NCBI GenBank assembly: GCA_965223845.1
Contig: CBDCXR010000004.1
Coordinates: 6,368,001 to 6,432,000, forward strand
Direction of reading: 5' to 3'
DNA length: 64,000 nucleotides
Source of the DNA: Planctomycetota bacterium
GTDB taxonomy: Bacteria > Planctomycetota > UBA8108 > SXIK01
The position numbers and the translations under genes are program-made. The notes beneath the pieces are model-generated. The model made no database searches. It saw only the letters and a program-made list of their open reading frames with translations, and had not been told where the DNA came from. The first letter of the stretch is position 1. Every line of letters begins with the position of its first letter. This document shows, one piece after another, positions 15,001 to 24,000 of this stretch.

Positions 15001-18000
15001 ACGGGGCTCTGTCGGACGGCCCGGAAGCCGCGACGATTACGTTCAGCAACGTCAACGACGTCCCGGCAGTCGATCTCGACGCCGACGACTCAAACTCTCC
15101 CGGGCTCGATTTCGCGACGACGTGGACGGAAGGCCTCGGACCCGTCGCCGTCACGGACGCCGACGCCGTCGTGTCCGACGTCGACAGCGCCAATCTGATC
15201 TCACTCACCGTCACAATCACCAATTCGATCGACGGAGTGAACGAGGTCCTGGCCGCCGACACGACGGGAACTTCGATCACCGCGAGCTACGACGCCGGAA
15301 CGAGCGTGCTGACGCTCTCCGGTTCCGACTCGCTCGCGAACTATCAGCAAGTTCTCCGCACGGTCACGTATGACAACACCGCGGGGAATCCGAACACGAG
15401 CGTGCGTTCTCTCGCCTTCGTAGCCTCGGATTCCGGTGGCCCGAGCTCGACCGCGACGACGACGCTATCGATCGTCGCCGGCGTGAACCAAGGGCTCGTC
15501 GGTCACTATCAACTGGACGAGGGAAGCGGCACGATCGCCGTCGACAGCTCGTCGTTCGGCTGGGACGGCGTGCACGCCGGACCCACGAATCCGGTCCACG
15601 TCGACGGCCGCGTCGGCAGCGGAGCACTCGACTTCGCCGGTGATTTCGATCGAGTCGAAGTGCCCGACGCTCCCGACGGGCATCTGGACTTCGGCGCCGG
15701 CGACTTCTCGGTGAGTTTCTGGCTCAACACCACGCAGGTTCCGGCGAGTGAGAGTCGACTCGTTGGGAAGCAGGCGGGCGGCGCTACGCCCGGGTTCATC
15801 TTTTTCACCGACTCCTTTGGTGACATCAATTTTGCGGGCGGCGACGGAGCGAGCCAAGAGCTCGTCTGGGGGAGCGGTGCCCTCGACGGCGCTTGGCACC
15901 ACGTGACGGGCCAGCGAGTTGGGAATCAGTTCCAGCTTTACATCGACGGCGTGCTGGTCGACTCGACGACTGGATCCATCTCGAGCATCGACAACGCAGA
16001 GGCTCTTGTCATGGGGGCGAGTTCGGCCGAGTACGACGGCGTCCTCGACGATATCCGGCTTTACGATCATGCCCTCACCGTCGGGGAGATCGGAGCGCTC
16101 GCGAATCCGCCGCGCGTGGATCTCGATGCCGACAATTCGGTGTCGCCCGGGGATGCGTTTGCAACCACGTGGGTCGAAGGTTCCGGGCCGGTGAACGTCG
16201 CCGACGCGGATGCGATCGTCACCGACGGCAACGACGCCGACTTGGTTTCTCTGACGATAACGATCGCCAACCAACTCGACGGTGCGCTCGAGGTACTGTC
16301 CGCCGACACCACGGGAACCTCGATCTCCGCGAGCTACGATTCGGGCACGGGGACGCTCACCCTATCCGGAATCGATTCGGTGGCGAACTACCAGCAAGTC
16401 TTGCGAACCGTCACCTACGACAACGGGAGCGACGCGCCGAATTCGACGACGAGGACCCTCGAGGTCGTCGCGGACGACGGCATGATTCAGAGTAACGTCG
16501 CGATCGCCACCGTTTCGATCACGCCGACAAACGACTCGCCCACTGCGGTCGCCGATACGGACTCGGTGGCCGAAGGCGAGACCGTGACGATCGACCTCGC
16601 GGCGAACGATACCGATCCCGATAGCGCCCTCGATCTCAATTCGATCGTCATCGTGAGCGGTCCGTCGAACGGCTCGGTGGTCGTCAACGGAGACGGAACG
16701 GTCGACTACACTCACGACGGTAGCGAAACCACGTCGGACTCGTTTACCTACACGATCGACGACTTGCCTGGAGCGACATCGAACACTGCCACCGTGTCGG
16801 TCACGATCACGGCGCAGAACGACGCGCCGGTGCTCGGGAACAACGCCCTGACGATCACGGAAGGCGGTACAGTCGTTCTCTCCAGCGCCGAGCTGACGGC
16901 GACGGATGTCGATGATCTCGACTCGTCGCTCCAGTTCACCGTTTCCGGAGTGACGGGTGGACGGTTCGAAGAGGTCGCGAGTCCCGGCGTCGCGATCACG
17001 TCGTTCACCCAAGCGCAGGTGACTGCCGGTGACATCCAGTTCGTACACGATGGCGGCGAGGCGGCGCCGGCGTACTCGGTGACGGTTTCGGACGGCTCGC
17101 TCACGGACGGCCCCGAGGCGGCGACGATCACGTTCACGAACCAGAACGACCCGCCCGTCATCGGGAACAACGCCCTCACGATCGCCGAGGGAGGGACGGT
17201 GGTGCTGAGCGCAGCGGAGCTCTCAGCAACGGACATCGACACCGTCGATTCGACCCTTCAGTTTACGGTGTCCAGCGTGACGAACGGCCAGTTCGAGGAA
17301 GTGGCGAATCCCGGCGTCTCGGTGACCACGTTTACGCAAGCGCAGGTGACTGCGGGCGCGATTCAGTTCGTGCACAACGGCGGTGAAACTGCGCCGTCGT
17401 ATTCCGTGACGGTGTCCGATGGTTCGCTTTCGGACGGCCCCGAGGCGGCGACGATCACGTTCACGAACCAAAACGACCCGCCCGTCATCGGGAATAATGC
17501 GCTCACGATCACCGAGGGTGGTACCGTCGTCCTCTCCGGTGCACAGCTCTCGGCAACGGACGTCGATACGCTCGATTCGACCCTTCAGTTCACGGTGTCC
17601 GGCGTGACGAACGGTCAGTTCGAGGAAGTGGCGAATCCTGGCGTGGCGATCACGTCGTTCACGCAAGCACAGGTGACTTCCGGCGCCGTCCAGTTCGTCC
17701 ACAACGGGGGTGAAGCTGCGCCGAGCTACTCGGTGACAGTGTCGGACGGCTCGCTCACCGACGGTCCCGAGGCGGCGGCGATCACGTTTACGAACGAGAA
17801 CGACGCGCCGGTGCTCGGGAACAACGCGTTGACGATCACTGAGGGCGGGACGGTAGTGCTCTCGGGCGCGGAACTCGCCGCTACAGACATCGACGACGTG
17901 GATTCGACGCTTCAGTTTGCCGTCTCGAGCGTTTCGAATGGCCAGTTCGAGGAAGTGGCGAATCCCGGCGTCTCGGTGACCACGTTTACACAAGCGCAGG

Positions 18001-21000
18001 TGACTGCGGGCGCGATCCAGTTCGTGCACAACGGCGGTGAAGCGGCTCCGGCGTACTCCGTGACAGTGTCCGATGGTTCGCTTTCGGACGGTCCCGAGGC
18101 GGCGGCGATCACGTTCACGAACCAGAACGACCCGCCGGTGCTCGGCAACAACGCCCTCACGGTCACCGAGGGCGGTACTGTTGTCCTCTCCGGTGCACAG
18201 CTCTCGGCAACGGACGTCGACGACGTCGATTCGACGCTCCAGTTCACGGTTTCCGGTGTGACCGGTGGCCAGTTCGAAGAGGTGGCGAACCCCGGCGTGG
18301 CGATTACGTCGTTCACGCAGGCTCAGGTGACTTCGGGCGCGATCCAGTTCGTGCACAACGGGGGCGAGTCTGCTCCGGCGTACTCGGTGGCGGTTTCGGA
18401 CGGCTCGCTCACCGACGGTCCCGAGGCCGCGGCAATCACGTTCACGAACCAGAACGACCCGCCGGTGCTCGGGAACAACGCGCTCACGATCGCCGAAGGA
18501 GGGAGCGTCGTTCTCTCGGCGACCGAGCTCTCGGCCACGGACATCGATACCCTCGATTCGACCCTTCAGTTCACCGTGTCCGGCGTGACGAACGGCCAGT
18601 TCGAGGAAGTGGCGAATCCCGGTGTGGCGGTCACGTCGTTTGCGCAAGCTCAAGTCGCCGCGGGCGCGATTCAGTTCGTGCACAACGGCGGTGAAGTTGC
18701 GCCGTCGTATTCGGTCATGGTGTCCGATGGTTCGCTTTCGGATGGTCCCGAGGCCGCGGCGATCACGTTTACGAATCAGAACGATCCGCCCGTCATCGGG
18801 AATAACGCTCTCACGATTGCGGAAGGCGGGACCGTCGTCCTCTCCGCCGCCGAGCTGTCTGCAACGGATGTCGAGACACTCGACTCGACACTCCAGTTCA
18901 CTGTATCCGGGGTGACCGGTGGCCAGTTCGAGGAGGTGGCGAACCCCGGCGTGGCGATCACGTCGTTCACGCAGGCTCAGGTGACTTCGGGCGCGATCCA
19001 GTTCGTGCACAACGGGGGCGAGTCTACGCCGGCGTACTCGGTGACAGTGTCCGATGGTTCGCTCTCGGATGGCCCCGAGGCCGCGACGGTCACGTTTACC
19101 AATCAGAATGATCCGCCCGTCATCGGGAACAATGCGCTCACCATCGCTGAAGGCGGAACTGTTGTGCTGTCGGGCACGCAGCTGTCCGCGACGGACGTCG
19201 ACGATCTCGACTCGACACTTCAGTTCACCGTATCCGGAGTGACCGGAGGTCGGTTCGAAGAACTAGCGAACCCTGGCATCGCGATCACATCGTTCACGCA
19301 GGCGCAGGTGACCTCCGGCGATATCCAGTTCGTCCACGATGGCGGAGAGGCGGCGCCGGCGTACTCCGTGACGGTGTCCGATGGTTCGCTTTCGGACGGT
19401 CCCGAGGCGGCGACGATCACGTTCACGAACCAGAACGACCCGCCTGTCATCGGCAACAATGCTTTGACGGTGAGCGAGGGCGGAACGGTCGTGCTGAGCG
19501 CAGCGGAGCTCTCGGCAACGGACATCGACGACGTCGATTCGACCCTTCAGTTCACGGTGTCCGGCGTGACGAACGGTCAGTTCGAGGAGGTGGCGAACCC
19601 CGGCGTGTCGATCACGTCGTTCACGCAGGCTCAGGTGACTTCGGGCGCGATCCAGTTCGTGCACAACGGTGGTGAGGCTGCACCGAGCTACTCGGTCACG
19701 GTGTCGGACGGCGCTCTCTCTGACGGCCCCGAGGCCGCGGCGATCACGTTCACGAACCAGAACGACGCGCCGATGCTCGGCAACAACGCGCTCACGATCG
19801 CCGAAGGAGGTACGGTCGTACTCTCGAGCGCGGAGCTCTCGGGCACGGACATCGATACACTCGATTCGACGCTCCAGTTCACGGTGTCCGGCGTAACGAA
19901 CGGTCAGTTCGAGGAGGTGGCGAATTTCGGCATCGCGATCACATCGTTCACGCAGGCGCAGGTGACCTCCGGTGCGATCCAGTTCGTGCACAACGGTGGT
20001 GAGGCTGCGCCGAGCTACTCGGTCACGGTGTCCGATGGTTCGCTTTCGGATGGTCCCGAGGCGGCGACGATCACGTTCACGAACCAGAACGATCCCCCGG
20101 TGCTAGGGAACAACGCGCTGACGATTACCGAGGGCGGGACGGTAGTGCTTTCGGGCGCGGAACTCTCCGCTACGGACATCGACGACGTCGATTCGACGCT
20201 CCAGTTCACGGTTTCCGGGTTGACCGGTGGACAGTTCGAGGAGGTGGCGAGTCCTGGCGTCGCGGTGACGTCGTTTACGCAAGCTCAAGTTGCCGCGGGC
20301 GACATCCAGTTCGTCCACGATGGTGGCGAAGCGGCGCCCGCGTACTCGGTTGCCGTGTCGGACGGATCGCTCTCGGACGGTCCCGAGGCGGCGACGGTCA
20401 CGTTCACGAACCAGAACGACCCACCTGTCATCGGCAACAATGCTCTGACAATCGGCGAGGGCGGAACGGTCGTGCTGAGCGCAGCGGAGCTCTCGGCAAC
20501 GGACATCGACGACGTCGATTCGACCCTTCAGTTCACGGTGTCCGGCGTGACGAACGGTCAGTTCGAGGAGGTGGCGAACCCCGGCGTGTCGATCACGTCG
20601 TTCACGCAGGCTCAGGTGACTTCGGGCGCGATCCAGTTCGTGCACAACGGTGGTGAGGCTGCGCCGAGCTACTCGGTCACGGTGTCGGACGGCGCTCTCT
20701 CTGACGGCCCCGAGGCGGCGACGATCACGTTCACAAGTCAGAACGACCCGCCTGTCATCGGCAACAATGCTCTGACAATCGACGAGGGCGGAACGGTCGT
20801 GCTGAGCGCAGCGGAGCTCTCGGCGACGGACATCGACGACGTCGATTCGACCCTTCAGTTCACGGTGTCCGGCGTGACGAACGGTCAGTTTGAGGAGGTC
20901 GCGAATCCCGGTGTCGCGATCACGTCATTCACGCAGGCGCAGGTGACGTCCGGCGCGATCCAGTTCGTGCACAACGGCGGGGAGGCGGCTCCGGCGTACT

Positions 21001-24000
21001 CCGTGACGGTGTCCGATGGTTCGCTTTCGGATGGCCCCGAGGTCGCGACGATTACGTTCACGAACCAGAACGACGCGCCTGTCATCGGCAGCAATGCTCT
21101 GACAATCGGCGAGGGCGGAACGGTCGTGCTGAGCGCAGCGGAGCTCTCGGCAACGGACATCGACGACGTCGATTCGACCCTTCAGTTCACGGTGTCCGGC
21201 GTGACGAATGGTCAGTTCGAGGAGGTCGCGAATCCCGGTGTCGCGATCACGTCATTCACGCAGGCGCAGGTGACCTCCGGCGCGATCCAGTTCGTACACA
21301 ACGGCGGTGAAGCGGCTCCGGCGTACTCCGTGACAGTGTCCGATGGTTCGCTCTCGGATGGCCCCGAAGCCGTGGCGATTACGTTTACGAATCAGAACGA
21401 CGCGCCGGTTCTCGGCAACAACGCGCTCACGATCACGGAAGGCGGCACGGTCGTGCTCTCGGGGACGGAGCTGTCGGCGACGGATATCGACACGCTCGAT
21501 TCAACGCTACAGTTCACCGTATCGGGTGTGACCAACGGTCAGTTCGAAGAGGTGGCGAACCCCGGCGTCGCGGTGACGTCGTTCACGCAAGCGCAGGTGA
21601 CGTCGGGCGCGATCCAGTTCGTGCACGACGGTGGTGAGGCGGCGCCGAGCTACTCGGTCGCGGTGTCGGACGGCGCGCTCTCTGACGGCCCCGGGGCCGC
21701 GACGATCACGTTCACGAATCAGAATGACGCGCCGGTTCTCGGCAATAACGCGCTCACGATCACGGAAGGCGGAACCATCGTCTTGAGCGCGACGGAGCTT
21801 TCTGCGACCGATGTGGAATCGGTCGATTCAACGCTTCAGTTCACTGTTTCGGGTGTGATCAACGGTCAGTTCGAAGAGGTGGCGAACCCCGGCGTCGCGG
21901 TGACGTCGTTCACGCAAGCGCAGGTGACGTCGGGCGCGATCCAGTTCGTGCACGACGGCGGTGAAGCTGCGCCGAGCTACTCGGTGACGGTGTCGGACGG
22001 CGGTCTCTCTGACGGCCCCGAGGCGGCGGCGATCACGTTCACGAACCAAAACGACGCGCCGGTTCTCGGCAACAACGCGCTCACGATCACGGAGGGCGGC
22101 ACGGTCGTGCTCTCGGGGACGGAGCTGTCGGCGACAGATATCGACACGCTCGATTCGACGCTACAGTTCACCGTATCGGGTGTGACCAACGGTCAGTTCG
22201 AAGAGGTGGCGAACCCCGGCGTCGCGGTGACGTCGTTCACGCAGGCGCAGGTGACGTCAGGCGCGATTCAGTTCGTGCACGACGGTGGTGAAGCTGCGCC
22301 GAGCTACTCGGTCGCGGTGTCGGACGGCTCGCTTTCGGATGGTCCCGAGGCGGCGGCGATCACGTTCACGAACCAAAACGACGCGCCGGTTCTCGGCAAC
22401 AACACGCTCACGATCACGGAAGGCGGCACGGTCGTGCTTTCGGGGACGGAGCTGTCGGCGACGGACATCGACACGCTCGAGTCGACGCTACAGTTCACCG
22501 TATCCGGTGTGACCAACGGTCAGTTCGAAGAGGTGGCGAATTTCGGCATCGCGATCACATCGTTCACGCAGGCGCAGGTGACCTCCGGTGCGATCCAGTT
22601 CGTGCACAACGGTGGTGAGGCTGCGCCGAGCTACTCGGTCGCGGTGTCCGATGGTTCGCTTTCGGATGGCCCCGAGGCCGCGGCGATCACGTTCACGAAT
22701 CAGAATGACGCGCCGGTTCTCGGCAATAACGCGCTCACGATCACCGAGGGCGGCACGGTCGTGCTCTCGGGGACGGAGCTGTCGGCAACGGACATCGACA
22801 CGCTCGAGTCGACCCTTCAGTTCACGGTGTCCGGCGTGACGAACGGTCAGTTCGAAGAGGTGGCGAACCCCGGCGTCGCGGTGACGTCGTTCACGCAGGC
22901 GCAGGTGACGTCAGGCGCGATTCAGTTCGTGCACGACGGTGGTGAGGCGGCGCCGAGCTACTCGGTCGCGGTGTCGGACGGCGCTCTCTCTGACGGCCCC
23001 GAGGCCGCGGCGATCACGTTCACGAATCAGAATGACGCGCCGGTTCTCGGCAATAACGCGCTCACGATCACGGAAGGCGGAACCATCGTCTTGAGCGCGA
23101 CGGAGCTTTCTGCGACCGATGTGGAATCGGTCGATTCAACGCTTCAGTTCACTGTTTCGGGTGTGATCAACGGTCAGTTCGAAGAGGTGGCGAACCCCGG
23201 CGTCGCGGTGACGTCGTTCACGCAGGCGCAGGTGACGTCGGGCGCGATCCAGTTCGTGCACGACGGTGGTGAAGCTGCGCCGAACTACTCGGTGACGGTG
23301 TCGGACGGCGCTCTCTCTGACGGCCCCGAGGCCGCGACGATCACGTTTACGAATCAGAACGACGCGCCGACGGCTGTCGCCGACGTGGGAATCGTCGCGG
23401 AGGGTGGCTCCGCGACTCTCGACCTCGCTGGGAACGACATCGATCCCGAGGGCGCTCTGGATCTCACGTCGATTCGAATCGTAGATTCCCCGTCGAACGG
23501 CTCGATCGTCGTCAACGACGACGGCACGATCGACTACACCCACGACGGCTCGGAAACCACCACCGACTCGTTCACCTACACGGTCGACGACGCCGTTTCG
23601 GCAACGTCGAACGTCGCTACGGTGTCGGTCACCGTCACCCCGCAGAACGACAACCCCGCCCTCGTTGCCAACGCTCCCGTGAGCGTTATCGAAGGCGAAC
23701 TCGTGGCGATCACGACGACCGACCTGCACGTGACCGACGTCGACAATCTCGCCTCGGAAATCGTCTACACCGTCGTTGCCGGCCCGCAGAATGGGCAGCT
23801 GGAGCTGGTGTCGAACCCCGGGGTCGCGATCGGTTCGTTCACGCAAGCGGAGATCGACGCCGGCGAGCTCGTCTACCTCCACGACGGCAGCTTGACGTCC
23901 ACGGGCGACTTCGAGTTCACCGTATCGGACGGCGCTGGCGGAGCCATCGGACTCACGACCTATACGATCAACGTGACGCCGGCGAATCTCGCGCCGTCCG

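Noticed and set aside
16818-23357. Regular long repeat array as a CRISPR or mobile element
   Set aside because: Units are 327 bp, in frame, coding and have no unique spacers.
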